64,000 bases of DNA, taken from contig OX597826.1 in NCBI GenBank assembly GCA_951406725.2, positions 8,618,001-8,682,000 on the forward strand, read 5' to 3'. Below the pieces are notes generated by a model. That model was not told where the DNA came from. It was given only the letters and a program-made list of their open reading frames with translations, and searched no databases. The DNA comes from Octopus vulgaris (lineage: Eukaryota). A program made the translations under genes and the position numbers. Below are positions 29,700 through 42,790 of the stretch, in pieces; within the stretch, counting starts at the first letter, position 1, and every line of letters starts with the position of its first letter.

Positions 29700-31130
29700 C
29701 TCCAAATAGAAAGGGATGGTGACTTCAAGAACTAAGGATTTGACATACCGTGAAGGACAGGGGAACCTGATTGTCTGGGGTGGCTTCGTTGCACAGCAGA
29801 TGCTCATATGTGAGAAAACGGATCTTTTCTTGGAAAAAGAGACGTTTCGTAGAACATGTCACAAAAGAAATTTTAGTGCAATGCCACAAACCAATGAAAT
29901 AACTTCTAACCTTACTTCTTCGTTCGAATACTTCTGGACTGTAAGGTAGGACCTCGTCTCGTTTACAATTCAAAACATTAATACGAACCGTCTTGGAGTT
30001 TTCGGTGGTCATAACACATGGCTTGGTTGAGTAGGGATTTTTCCAACGAATTGTTGTTTAGGGTGTTTCACTCCCGTGCTTGAGTACCTTAGGGACAGCA
30101 TTCTTCTTTTCATAGCTTTCATAGATATGTTGTTGTTTGTTCCTTATCGAGCCATGACTGGCTCAAAAGGGCTGGTTTCCCGGTTTTCTTGGCGTATAAG
30201 TTCTCCACCTGGACGGGACGCCGGTCCGTCGCAGGTGAGCTGCAAGATGCAGGAGGAAAGTGTGAGAGAAAATTGTGGAGAAAGAGTCAGCAGAAGTTCG
30301 CCATTATCTTCTGCCGGAGCCGCGTGGGGCTTAGATGTTTCGCTCATAAACACACACATCGCCCGGTCTGAGATTGCAACCCGCGATCCCTCGACCGCGA
30401 GTCCGCTGCTCTAACCACTAGGCCATGTGCCTCCACTTACATAGATATGGATAATACCTCAGCGCCCTTTTTCTTATTTGAAGGGCCAAACTGCCGGAAT
30501 AGTTTAGGGTTGTAACTGTTCCCTTTCTGCTCCCCAACAAAATTTCTCTCCACGCTATGACCCAGCAATTTGTTTCTAATTTTTAAAAGCTCTAAATGAC
30601 TGCTCTCTTTAGAAAATGTTTCAAGATTATTTCTTTCACAGATGTGACAGTAAAGGATATTTATTAAAATCAGTTTAATATTTATGATGCAGTGCTAATG
30701 ATTGTATAAGCTTGGAAGGAGGTTTCGGAGTGTTATCTACGAGCTGTTTGGAGGTCGTGTGACTGGAAGCTCTGCTCCTAAAAATCTTTGAAGGTTTTTA
30801 GAAATAGAGGAAGAGTCTGCTGAGTAACAAAATGTCAGTCTGGGCGGACAATGGCTCTGGGGGTGGAAAAAATGTGGCGGAATATAGGAATGAACGAACC
30901 ACCGAAGATATGGTACAGCTTCACAAAGAGTGTCTTATAGAGTTGTTCTCTCGTTGTTCTCTTTTTATAATAAAATCTCTAAATTGTCAGTGGATTATCA
31001 TCAATACATATCTGCTATGAAGCTGGGTCTGAACCACATCACTGACGAACTTAATCGATATTTGGAAGGTGCAGAAATGTAATATAAGCAGTCAAGTATG
31101 GATGCCTTTTATTACGAAGCGGATAAGGCA
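29700..31130 (+). mobile_element. Degraded Tigger/pogo DDE transposase, interrupted by a SINE (30130-30439, -)
   Basis: GFVAQQMLICEKTDLF (~QVFNCDETGLF), AW motif, YLRDSILLFIAFID|MDNTSAP (~MDNAPAHP), FLLPN..MTQQFVSNF (~FLPPNTT..QPMDQ), NIYDAV...AWKEVS, KQSSMDAF. Confidence 0.8.
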
Positions 31131-31538
31131 ATCTTCAACTGCAACCGAATCTTCAACATCTACGGAAGAAACTGCGCCAAAATAGCCGGGAAGGACGATA
31201 CTTCTATCTCTAGCGATTCTCATTTAAGAAGGTCCTCTCCACGCCTCTGCTTCATCCCAGGATATTGAATAACCTGCCACAATATGGTAATCGTACGTTT
31301 AAATACATATATTATTAGTTTATTCTATTTTATGTATTCATTATTTTATTTGGTTATCCGTTTTCTTAGCTGGTACCGGTTTGGACGGATATTACATTAG
31401 GAACAGGTTTTTACTGCCAGATGCTCTTCCTGTCGCTAATCCCAACCTGTTTGCAAGTTAGGCATATTGGTTAGACTTGGTTTTCCAACTAGATCACAAA
31501 AAGTAAAAAAAGAATAAACAATATATAATTAGGAAAAA

Positions 31539-31641
31539 GACTACGTACGTTTCATGGCATAATTTAAATTCGAATTACAATTACAATTAAATTAAATCGA
31601 TAAAACAATTCAATTTAAAAGTATAGTCACTCCTCAGGTCA
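31539..31641 (-). ncRNA. Minimal hammerhead ribozyme in a PLE terminal fragment (~31488-31685)
   Basis: Reverse strand reads gac-CTGAGGA-gtgactata...tatgccat-GAAA-CGTACG-TA-gtc; palindromic stem III. Confidence 0.75.
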
Positions 31642-31687
31642 ACAATAATAACAATAAAAGTTAAATAAATAATCAAAGATATATATA

Positions 31688-32320
31688 ATGTGCAGACCCT
31701 TCTGAAGTTCCGAGTGTTATGCATACAAAATTTCCTGAAATTGTCATGGTTTTAGGGGTTATCAGCAATGAAGGACATGTGATACCTCCTTACTTTTTTT
31801 CAAAAGGACTTAGAGTTAACTCTGCCGCCTACACTGAGGTCCTGTAAATAATTGTTAATCTCTAGATAGACAGTGTATGCAATAGAAGACCATATGTGTT
31901 TCAATAAGACTCTGCACTGTCACTCATGACTCATGTAACACAGGAAAGGATGGCTGAAAATTTTCATGATCACATAACCCCTAATATTTGGCGTTCTAAT
32001 TCCCCAGATCTCAATCCATTGGAGTGTTGTTGAGAGAGAGAGGTCAATGAACACGCCCATAACACCAAAGTTTCTATGAAAGCTGCCATAGTCAGAGTAA
32101 TGTCCAAAATGAACCAGGAGTACTTCATTCGCAGATGTAGATTATTTAGATCTCATATAGAAGCTGTTGTTGAAGCTGAAGGTGGCTTTATTGAATAACA
32201 TTATAGAAAAGGTATAGTTTTATCCTCATAGCATTTTTTTATAAATAAAATTATCTGTTATTATATATCTGTTTATTTTATAAATATAAATCTGTCCTCA
32301 AATATCTTACGCACCCAGTA
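31688..32320 (+). mobile_element. Tc1/mariner-superfamily DD37D (maT-like) transposase 3' half with right TIR
   Basis: KFPEIVMVLGVISNEG..PYVFQ*DSA-(37 aa)-SPDLNPL(D); ends ..gcacccag-TA. Contains stops and a deletion. Confidence 0.85.
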
Positions 32321-33195
32321 TACATGTGACTGTGTGTGTGTGTGTCTACACATATATATGTATATACATATATATATGTATGTATATACATATACATGTA
32401 TACACATATATATGTATGTGTTTCTATACATGTGTATGTGAGTGCGTTTGTGTGTCTGTGTGTCTGTGTATCAGTGTGTCTTTGTCCTTGTATTTGTTCT
32501 TGAGAGCTATTCAATGTCTCATCAACATATAAAAACAAACCTGATAAGCTGTCAGTTATGCCAGTTACGATCTTTCCTCAATATTTCTTAACTTGATCAC
32601 ATCTCCAGCCCGAAGGTCCCGCAACGTACAAATATGCCTAGTGTAGATTCCATCCTGATGGCATGATAATCGAATTCGGTGGGATACGTAGATTTGTACA
32701 GTAGACAGAAGGATACTCAAAATTTTGTTATACTGTGAGATGAAGTGTGATGATTTAAAGTGAGTCGCCTGATTGCAACTGCAAGCAAGAAGACAGTGAC
32801 TGACTACAACACCCTAACCACTAAACCACGAGCCTTCACTAGCGTCTGACACTAAGGATTGCTCTTCTGATCTAGTGAACCTCCTGAGCAGTGATGCCTA
32901 CGCTATCTTTAGCCCTCCTAGATTAGTTCGACAAATACATCGATTCTACCATTGGAGATATACCTGTCACCGTGCACACCTCTACTTAACAAGGAACAGC
33001 AGAAAGATCTTCAAGTAAATGTCTTTATTTCAACTTAGAAACGATTTTCAGACATCATTTTTCGAAATTTTCTTTTTTTTTTTTTTTTCATCTTTAAACA
33101 TAAATATGCTAAAGTGAGTCAATTGTTTTCGTTTCATTCCTAGATTTGAATTTAATAACTTAGTTACCTTTCGCATAAACATATGCAGTGTAGAG

Positions 33196-33244
<49 letters not shown>

Positions 33245-33451
33245 ACGACCACGACGAGCGCTGTTAAGTATTATAGTTTTTTTTTCTTTTTATTCATTTT
33301 CAACACCAAAGATGTTTCTAAACATTCAGTTATTGATTATTATTTTATTGTATACGTAGTTATTAGTAAATCGATTGGTGAGTTTAAGTAACTAACTTTG
33401 AAAGAGTTTGTATAAAACATGTATATATACATATGTACTTATATAAGTGCA

Positions 33452-33495
<44 letters not shown>

Positions 33496-33499
<4 letters not shown>

Positions 33500-33590
33500 A
33501 AATAGAAAGATGAATAATCTACACGTGTAGAATGAAATAAAACGATTTCTGTTCAATCTGCGTTCAGCTCCATTTCTTCAATTCACCAAT
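33496..33590. mobile_element. 95-bp collapsed derivative of the 40979-42761 PLE
   Basis: 33496-33520 is identical to 40979-41003; 33521-33590 resembles 42687-42758. Embedded in (TA)n. Confidence 0.85.
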
Positions 33591-33784
33591 ATATATATAT
33601 ATATATATATATATACGAATATATATGTGTATATATATATATATATGCATGTTTGTATGAATGTATATACATATATATGAGGAGATATATACATATATGC
33701 AGGCAAATACCTATATATATTGTAGTGTAATTGGTATATATACATACATACATATATATATATATATTATAGTGCGAAAGGTAT

Positions 33785-33830
<46 letters not shown>

Positions 33831-33924
33831 ATATATATATATGCATATATATGTGTACGTGTATTTATTTATGCAACCACGTATATGTAATTATATTAAC
33901 GTATAGATAGATAGAGAGATAGAG

Positions 33925-34031
<107 letters not shown>

Positions 34032-34436
34032 AATATATATGTGTATATATATGTGTGTGTGTATACTTGTATGTGTACTGATATATAGATATATCTATAC
34101 ACACACACACTCATGAATATACATATTCATATCCATATAAATTGTTTGTGTATGTGTGAGTGGGTATGTGTGCGTGTGAAATCTTTCCGGTTGTGTACAG
34201 TGGATTTATTACTAAAATTGATTTTAGACATACGTTTGAGGTTTAATCGATATTAATAACAGATATAGCCGTGTCCATTAGTTCCATTTCATACTCACGT
34301 TTCTCATCTCGCATCCAATGCTTATAAGCTATTAATCAATAAATATAAATATATTCATTTAAAAACTTGCACATAAGTAGCTTTTAAAGTGTTTACTCTA
34401 CTGCTCGAATATACTAGTGTACCTATCTATCTCTCT

Positions 34437-34504
<68 letters not shown>

Positions 34505-34651
34505 CATATTAGAGGGATGTTTATAATACAATTTACTGAACCTTCAGATTCTAATATGCTAGACCACTGGTGTTAAATTGATGTTAATTAAATTAATATC
34601 CAATTTCTCACCCTCATTTTAAATTTAAATTTATAGATGGATAGATAGATG

Positions 34652-34731
<80 letters not shown>

Positions 34732-34827
34732 TTTTCGAGCAGTACACGAGCGGGATGTCGAATGCACTTTTGCGAAGGACAAGAAGCCGAAGCCAAGCGG
34801 CCGAACGGAAACAAAGAGAGTAAAATA

Positions 34828-34934
<107 letters not shown>

Positions 34935-35045
34935 GAATAGATATATATATCTAATGAAGTTATATCCTTTAATTTGCTGCTTTTCTTTACACAAAGCGAG
35001 AAGATACCTTGCGGAACTGTTATTTTAAAGAGGTATATCTATTTG

Positions 35046-35149
35046 TCACCCGAAGAGACACATCAACGCCATCGGATGCTCCCGAATTAGATTTGAAGTA
35101 CCCCACCCGTGATGGATCGATGATGGATGTGTCGAAACAATTGCAGTGA
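35046..35149 (+). ncRNA. Hammerhead motif with two core substitutions (probably inactive), PLE remnant
   Basis: tcac-CcGAAGA-gacacatc...gatgtgtc-GAAA-CAATTG-cA-gtga: perfect stems I and II and palindromic stem III. Confidence 0.75.
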
Positions 35150-35194
35150 TTAGTAAAAATTCTCGTATCTTCCATCTTCCATCCGCCATTTATC

Positions 35195-35296
<102 letters not shown>

Positions 35297-35744
35297 ATTT
35301 GTATATACATACATATATATATACTTATATATATTTTATATATACTTATATATATAAATATATATGCTCGTGAAATGAACGTTCAAGTGACTGAGCACTC
35401 CACAGACACGTGTAACCTTAACATAGTTTTTGCGGAGATTCAGCTTGACACATGATTTGACATGGCTGGCTCTTTTATATTACAAGTGCGACTCATTTTT
35501 GCCATGAGACTGAACTGGATGAACGCGAATTAAAGTATTTTACTCAATGACGTAACGCTAGCCGAGAATCAAACTCACGATCTCTTTCTTTATTAATCAA
35601 TCAATCTCACGAACGTGAGCCGAATAGTGGTCGGCGACGCCGACTCAGAGACTGCCTTGGTTTTAAATGAGGCGTGGGTGATGGCGGAGTATACGGGCAC
35701 AAGCGAAGGAAAATTGACAAGACGTTGAAAAGCCTCAGTGTTAT

Positions 35745-36129
35745 GGATGGAAGCACTCCGTCGGTTACGACGACGAGGGTTCCGGTTGATCCGATCAACG
35801 GAACAGCCTGCTCGTGAAATTAACGTGTAAGTGGCTGAGCACTCCACAGACACGTGCACCCTTAACGTAGTTCTCGGGGATATTCAGCGTGACACAGAGA
35901 GTGACAAGGCCGGCCCTTTGAAATACAGGTACAACAGAAACAGGAAGAAAGACTGAGAGAAAGTTGTGGTGAAAGAGTACAGCAGGGATCACCACCATCC
36001 CTGCCGGAGCCTCGTGGATCTTTAGGTGTTTTCGCTCAATAAACACTCATAACGCCCGGTCTGGGAATCGAAACCGCGATCCTACGACCGCGAGTCCGCT
36101 GCCCTAACCACTGGGCCACAGCGCCTCCA
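35745..36129 (-). mobile_element. Full-length tRNA-derived SINE with 12-bp TSD
   Basis: TSD cctcagtgttat at 35733-35744 and 36130-36141. Confidence 0.9.
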
Positions 36130-36940
36130 CCTCAGTGTTATAATGTTTAAGGGTGTGGGAGGCTCAGCGCCTCATTTTGTAAATGGATTAAGTCCAATAA
36201 TTGTAAAACGGAAGTAAGAGGTTCAATACCTCGGTTTGTATTTTGTGTAAAAAACTGTTTTAGAGAAGCAAAATATCGGCGGGCGTTTTTTGTCTTCTCC
36301 CATTAATATCATTTTATTTCATCATTCATCTCATCAATGTTTCTGTCCAGACCGCAAGCTACTCTGTATCATGCCTTTATGGCAACATTTTTTGAAATAA
36401 AGTAGCTTGCTTACCAACCACATGATTCCGGATTCAGTTCCACTGCGTGGCATTTTGACAAGTGTCTTCTACTATAGCCACGTGCCGACCAAAGCCTTGT
36501 GAGCAGATTTGGTAGACGGAAACTGAAAGAAGCCCGTTGTGTATCTTTGTGTCTGTGTTTGACCCCCGCCCCCACCATCGCTTGACAACCGATGTTGGTG
36601 TGTCTATCTTTCCGAAAATTAGCGTTTCGACGAAAAGAGACCGATAGTATAAGAACTACGGTTACAAAGAATAAATCCTGGGATCGATTTCTTCGCCTAA
36701 AGGCAGTGCTCCAGCATGGCTGCAGTCAAATGACTATAAAGCGTAAAAAAGTTTTAAAAAGTGTGTGTATATATACATATATAGGTTATGAGAGGTAATG
36801 GTGTCAATAAGACCCAAAGGTGTCTGATAATGCTGAGTAAGTGCTATGGACAGACGATAGTTAAGCTCCAGTGTTCGGTGACAATGCGAATAAGGAGTCC
36901 AACGTAGGTCATATATCAGCAAGTGTATATATAAAAAAAA

Positions 36941-37457
36941 ATTTTCACAATGAGATAAAAAAAACCAAGGCTGTGAAGATTTAGAACATTTATAAATAGA
37001 AGGACTTACAGCTGTTTCCAGGATATTTATTATATCCCTTAATCGGGGACAGTGTGAGAAGATGGTTAAGCAATAGCTAATTTACATAAGATATGAAATA
37101 GAGAGTGAAGTGGAGGAATGAAAATAGATGTGAGATATGCCGGGATATTGCATTTGTCGATCCATTATTTAGGCATTTGGAATTTACTCACAAGGTATTG
37201 GAATCTTATATGTATACAATTCTGCCTAAATAATGGGTCTACAAATGCAATATCCCTGCATATCTCACATCTATTTTCATTCCTCCACTTCACTCTCTAT
37301 TTCATATCTTATGTACCTTAACTATTGCTTAACCATTTTCTCACACTGTCCCCGATGAAGGAATATAATAAATTATCCCGGAAACAGATGTAAGACCTTC
37401 TGTTTACAAATGTTCTAAAATCTTCACAGCCTTGGTTTTTTTATCTCATTCCGGAAA

Positions 37458-37458
<1 letters not shown>
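36941..37458. mobile_element. PLE fold-back element, ~230-bp arms, 47-bp spacer, mutated HHR in each arm (37003-37050 -, 37348-37396 +)
   Basis: Arms 36941-37175 and 37223-37458. Plus copy reads gtcc-CcGATGA-aggaatat..tatcccg-GAAA-CAG(a)TG-TA-agac; the left copy keeps CAGCTG. Confidence 0.8.
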
Positions 37459-37528
<70 letters not shown>

Positions 37529-37689
37529 GTATGTGTGTATGTGTGTATATGCATGTATATGTATACATACTCTTTCACTCTTTTACTTATTCCAACTCGA
37601 GAGGTGTGGCCATGCTGGAGCACCGACGTTGGTTTTGCTACATCTTCATTAATCCTCCTTTAACAGTTTGCATTTGATGAATGAGGGAT

Positions 37690-39340
37690 TTGCTGCCCTC
37701 GTTTGCGTTTCTTGCCTTCAAGTTGGTTCCTCCATGACTCTTGGCAATAGGAGCTCCAGTTTTGCTTTGAAGATATTTGAATTCCCCACACAACCCCGCT
37801 CAGTATAGGTCTCTGAAGTCTTTCGAGAACGTACTAAAATGCTGTAGGCCATTGAATCCCAAGTGATTGTAGTATCTGATCCTGTATTTTTTAATGGTAA
37901 GGGTGAGGGTCTTTAGCTCTAAGAATGGCGCCTTGTTCTAATGTTTGTCTAACTTTTATTTCCAACGCTGTAGATGAACATTACTGCAAATATTTCCTAC
38001 CTTCGTTCTAAGGAGTAGACTCTTAAGCTTTTGAGTTTTTCCTAGGAGTTAATCTGCTCCATTGAGATAATCTTCTTGCGCAGATTCTTTTGAGTTCCAC
38101 CATTAAGTTCTATCATTAATTTTACTCTATTTGACGACAATAGTTAGGAGCAATAATCAAAACAGTTTCATGCAAATATTCCCCAGTGGACCGTCATTGT
38201 TTTCTGTTCTCTTTTTTCTTTTTTTGAATGACCTAAGAATCCATCTGGCCAGCTGCCTGCATTTCATTGCCAACTTAATAATATGCACATGGAAGGTTGC
38301 ATCGCTACTCATGTCAATGTTCAGGTCACACACACATTGTGATTCTGTGACTGCAATCGATCCTGGTCCAGTGTATTTAATTTTCTTCCCATTTTGCGTA
38401 GGGCTTGGAATTCTTCGGGATAGACGGAATGTTATGGTCTTCAGCCCAATTGTATACGTGTCACCTTTCCAGGATTCTGTATCGCCAGTGAGACTTTTGA
38501 GTCATCAGCATGACTTGTAAGGGTAGCTATCTGTATGGCTGAGGACACATCTGAGAGGCCCACCATGAACAATGGTGGCCTCAAGACAGTACTCAGGGGT
38601 ACACTACTAATTATTTATCTTTCCCTGTCCGTCATTACTACCTGACTTCTGTCTTTCAGAAAATCATGTAGCCACTCACCTATATCGATATCTCTAGTTT
38701 GTAACATATCATTCCATGACTGATTTCATCGATTGGTTTTGCAAAGTCGAAAAATATCACAACTAAATTTGATTGGTTGAGCAACTGTCTCAACGCCCAG
38801 TCGTAACGTTTACGAGTTGTATCAGACTACTTTTTCTTAGCCGAAAAGAGGGGTGGATGACAGTCGGCAGGTCGGGGTATCAGAACATGCCAAAACCTAT
38901 TAGCCAATCACTCAAACCTCACAGAGCAAAGCTTCAAGGGACTAATCACCATGTTTCTTTCAGAAATGACCTATTTCTTTACTACATACAAGGGGCCAAA
39001 CACAGAGGACCTCAGTGCGAAACTGGTACTTAATTTATCGACCCCGAAAGGATGAAAGGCAAAGTCGACCTCGGCGGAATTCTGAGTTCAAATTCCGCCG
39101 TTGACGACTCTGCCTTTCATCCTTTCGGGGTCGATAAATTAAGTACCAGTTACGCACTGGGGTCGATACAACCGACTTAATTCGTCTGTCTGTGCTTGTT
39201 TGTCCCCTCTGTGTTTGGCCCCTAGTGGGTAGTAAAGAAATAGGTCATTTCTGAAAGAAACATAGTGGTTATTCCCTTGAAGTTTTGCTATGTGAGGTTT
39301 GGGTGATAGGTTAATAGGTTTTGGCATGTTCTGATACCTT
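37690..39340 (-). mobile_element. Degraded CR1-group LINE RT fragment, disrupted by a SINE and a local inversion
   Basis: Reverse translation: Y*PI..TSH, FDFAKPIDE, WLHDFLKDRSQVV, SSVP..TVLRPPLF, HADDSKV (~YADD). Confidence 0.8.
38875..39338. repeat. Local inverted duplication (SINE 3' half plus ~85 bp LINE flank)
   Basis: 38875-39080 is the reverse complement of 39090-39338 apart from one deletion; near-identical ORFs PKPI..SFRNDLFLYY occur on opposite strands. Confidence 0.88.
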
Positions 39341-39408
39341 CTTTATGGCTAGAGCATATTATTCCTGCCTTCATTTTGCCTGAACGGGTGCTTACGTCAG
39401 TGTGCTTC

Positions 39409-39468
<60 letters not shown>

Positions 39469-40857
39469 TGTCTGTGTGTGTGTGTTTCTTGAATATTAGT
39501 GGGATGTTCGCAATAAGAATGTTTGTATTAAGATAAACATCTTTTATTTTCTTTCCATTCATCTTTTTAGTTAAATAAATTAAGTTAGTTATCTTTATAC
39601 CACATAAAATCCATTATAATAACGCATTTGTATTATAATTTATATACCGTAAAATGTTATCGCTGTGTAGCACCGGATTACTTCTAACCTCCTACTCATA
39701 TTTATTTATGTTTTTTTTTTCTTGTAGTTATTATTTATTCTATTGATTATTTCAAGTAATTCTCATTGAATTTAAATAACATATACGTTTTTTCCCCTTT
39801 ACTCTTCTGTGGATATAATATCAAAATGAATTCCAACTATACACTAAAGATTTGATCAATTAAATAATAAAAAATACGTTTAAATCCATTAGTTTGTTTT
39901 TAAACTAGTTATGTTTATTATCTCACTTCTAATACTTACAGACCATTTATCAAAAAATATAAATATGATTACTTAAAAACTTGTCTATATTTGTACCATT
40001 TAAAGTGTTAACTGCATTGCGTGAGTATAAATAGATTACTTATTTTTTACTAAAATATTTTAAATGTTAGTTACATTAGACATTTTTGTTTGACATATAT
40101 TGATTCAATTACAATATATCACTTCTTGGAAATATTAACAAATAATGTTACTACGATACGATTTTGAATTTAATCAAATATGATACATGAGAAATTTTTT
40201 TATTTATTTGACTTACCAGATTTATCATCATTTCAGGTACATATAAAGTTACAACGTAGTTTGTTAACATTTAAAAAAATCTTCGCTGATAGAACTAAAT
40301 CCTCCCTTTTCTTTCTTCATATGTCTGATTTTCAATTTGTAATACTGCTACTTCCGAAAAGCCCACATTTGGCGAAACACTGGAGTGGCTTCCTTTCTTT
40401 ATTCAATAAATTAATAACGACGGAGCCGTAGACACTACGGGCAAAATGCTTACCAATATTTCGACTGCCTTTACACTGAGAATTCAAATTCCGTAGAGAT
40501 CGATTTTGCCTTTCGTCATTTCGAAAAGGGACTTCTTGACCACAGGGGACGATTTAATCGGCTAATCCCATCCCCGAAATCACTAGCTTTGTGCCAAGGT
40601 TTGAAATCAATACAGAACAAGGCTCTACATTTAGTATTGACGTATCTCTGTTTCCTGCAAGAAGTGGTTTGTATAGACTGACTGTAATACATCTCATATT
40701 CTACACTCTGGCGGGCAAATGGCCCGTGATTTTCGCTATATCCGATTTTTGCTACCATTTTTAACTTGTGCCAAAACCAAACACCTTCGGATATTTACAC
40801 ACGCGCGCATACACGCACATACATACACACACATGTATATACATATATATGTATATA

Positions 40858-40915
<58 letters not shown>

Positions 40916-41191
40916 TATATATATATATAGATATATATATAGATATATATATAGATATATATATAGATATATATATTTTGTGAAATAGAAAGATGAATAA
41001 TCTTGTTGCAGATTAATCAAAAGTTTAACCGATACCTTGGTAGCAAAAATCACAGCAGAAGACAGCACGGTTGGAGGTACAACCATATGGTGTTGCAACC
41101 GTGCGTTGGTGCGGATAATTGAATTTTAATATTATTAGTGAATTGAAGAAATGGAGTTGAACGAAGATTGAACAGAAATCGTTTTATTGCA

Positions 41192-41271
41192 TTCTACACG
41201 TGTTTCGAAAGGCACAATTTACCAAATTCCGATTGAATAAGGAGACCATATTGTGTCTTTCTCTTCAGGAA
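41192..41271 (-). ncRNA. Hammerhead ribozyme (left pseudo-LTR)
   Basis: Reverse complement of 42619-42698. Confidence 0.85.
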
Positions 41272-41553
41272 GAAATAGGAAATCCGTTGGAAAAAACAAA
41301 AACAGAACAGAGGCGGAGCAAAACAAATCGAACGAGGCTCCTAAGAGCCCATGGCCAAACTGTTTATCAATGTATGTTGAAAACTGGTGGTGGGTGCGTT
41401 GAAGGTTTTGACGGGTCAGGCAGCGGTCATTCCGGTGCTTAGATGTTCTTTGTGACCGAGACTAAAGTTCTGACTATTTAAAGAATATTAGGTGTATTAT
41501 ATGGGGCGAATAGTGTAGAATCAGGGGTTATTCCGTTAGTTAATAGTGACGTA

Positions 41554-42042
41554 GTGGAAAATAAAGTAGTAAGCGGCCGCAGTTCTCGCAACAAATATAG
41601 TAACAGCAACGCAGTTCTAATTTCAGAAACTAATCCTAATAGAATAAGGTTCACGTCGGTGAACTCCAAGATCAGAAACGCCGTCTACCAATGTAAGGTT
41701 TACACGGACTCAGATGTCTACTCTTATGTCGGGGCCTCGTCCTCAAGATTGTCCTCACGAATCTCCAACCATTACGCAACTTTTAGAGACGTGAATAAAT
41801 GCCAGACCACGGGACTTAGCAAGCTAATATGGCGATTGAAGAATACGAACTCAAGCTACAGCCTGGAATGGTCAATTTTGTCGGTGGCCCTCCCATTTGA
41901 CAGGGGCAGAAGGAAGTGCTACGTTTGTGTCTCCGAACTCTTCCATATATTGTTCGCCAGAGACCGGATGGTAAACGGACTTTTACAGTTGGCTTTTCGA
42001 TGCCCCCACTGGCGGCGTTATACTTATCTTGCTTATAAATAA
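41554..42042 (+). CDS. GIY-YIG endonuclease domain of a PLE (5'-truncated, frame open)
   Basis: AVYQCKV...SYVGASSSRLSSRISNHYATFR..TTGLSKLIWRLK..LEWSIL....FDRGRRKCYVCVSE..CPH, resembling Neptune-type GIY-YIG. Confidence 0.88.
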   Translation: MENKVVSGRSSRNKYSNSNAVLISETNPNRIRFTSVNSKIRNAVYQCKVYTDSDVYSYVGASSSRLSSRISNHYATFRDVNKCQTTGLSKLIWRLKNTNSSYSLEWSILSVALPFDRGRRKCYVCVSELFHILFARDRMVNGLLQLAFRCPHWRRYTYLAYK

Positions 42043-42618
42043 CGCTTATAAATAATACCTGCACCCGGTTACACTACTTATATGAAAATAGCCCTTGGAA
42101 ATAAATTCTGAATAACCTTTAAGAGAAATATGATTAACCATTGCAAGGGGAATTACTCCTGGGAGACGAATGGGGGTTTGTCTTGACGACGGGGGGTTTC
42201 TTTGACAAGGCAGGTTTAGACGAACACACGCACACATAAAAAATTTCTTTCTGCCACCCGACGGATGTTACAGCAGTGACCAGTGGGTAGGGCTGTTTAC
42301 CAACTGACGGCCACGTGATCAAACGCACATACGAACACATAGAACAGCACACACACACATGTTTCTAAGTAGATTTTCTCTCGCCCCATATAATACACCT
42401 AATATTCTTTAAATAGTCAGAACTTTAGTCTCGGTCACAAAGAACATCTAAGCACCGGAATGACCGCTGCCTGACCCGTCAAAACCTTCAACGCACCCAC
42501 CACCAGTTTTCAACATACATTGATAAACAGTTTGGCCATGGGCTCTTAGGAGCCTCGTTCGATTTGTTTTGCTCCGCCTCTGTTCTGTTTTTGTTTTTTC
42601 CAACGGATTTCCTATTTC

Positions 42619-42698
42619 TTCCTGAAGAGAAAGACACAATATGGTCTCCTTATTCAATCGGAATTTGGTAAATTGTGCCTTTCGAAACACGTGTAGAA
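42619..42698 (+). ncRNA. Hammerhead ribozyme (right pseudo-LTR), predicted cut after GUA 42695
   Basis: ttc-CTGAAGA-gaaagacacaat...attgtgcctttc-GAAA-CACGTG-TA-gaa. Confidence 0.87.
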
Positions 42699-42753
42699 TG
42701 CAATAAAACGATTTCTGTTCAATCTTCGTTCAACTCCATTTCTTCAATTCACT

Positions 42754-42790
<37 letters not shown>

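Larger units (their letters stand above)
40979..42761 (+). mobile_element. Young 5'-truncated Penelope-like element with 381-bp inverted pseudo-LTRs
   Basis: Arms 41129-41509 and 42381-42761 appear identical. Tail 40979-41128 lies on one side only. A GIY-YIG ORF lies between the arms. (TA)n flanks. Confidence 0.92.

Noticed and set aside
29760-29800. Tc1 VMVWG motif in GNLIVWGGF
   Set aside because: Downstream motifs fit Tigger/pogo better (QVFNCDETGLF-like).
26743-31487. Single transposon with 1.37-kb TIRs
   Set aside because: No TSD; the arms are made of old Tigger and SINE debris, and the Tigger frame crosses the inner boundary of the right arm.
41200-42690. Twin 80-aa ORFs MFRKAQF...
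   Set aside because: Antisense reading of the pseudo-LTR arms; identical only because of the inverted repeat.
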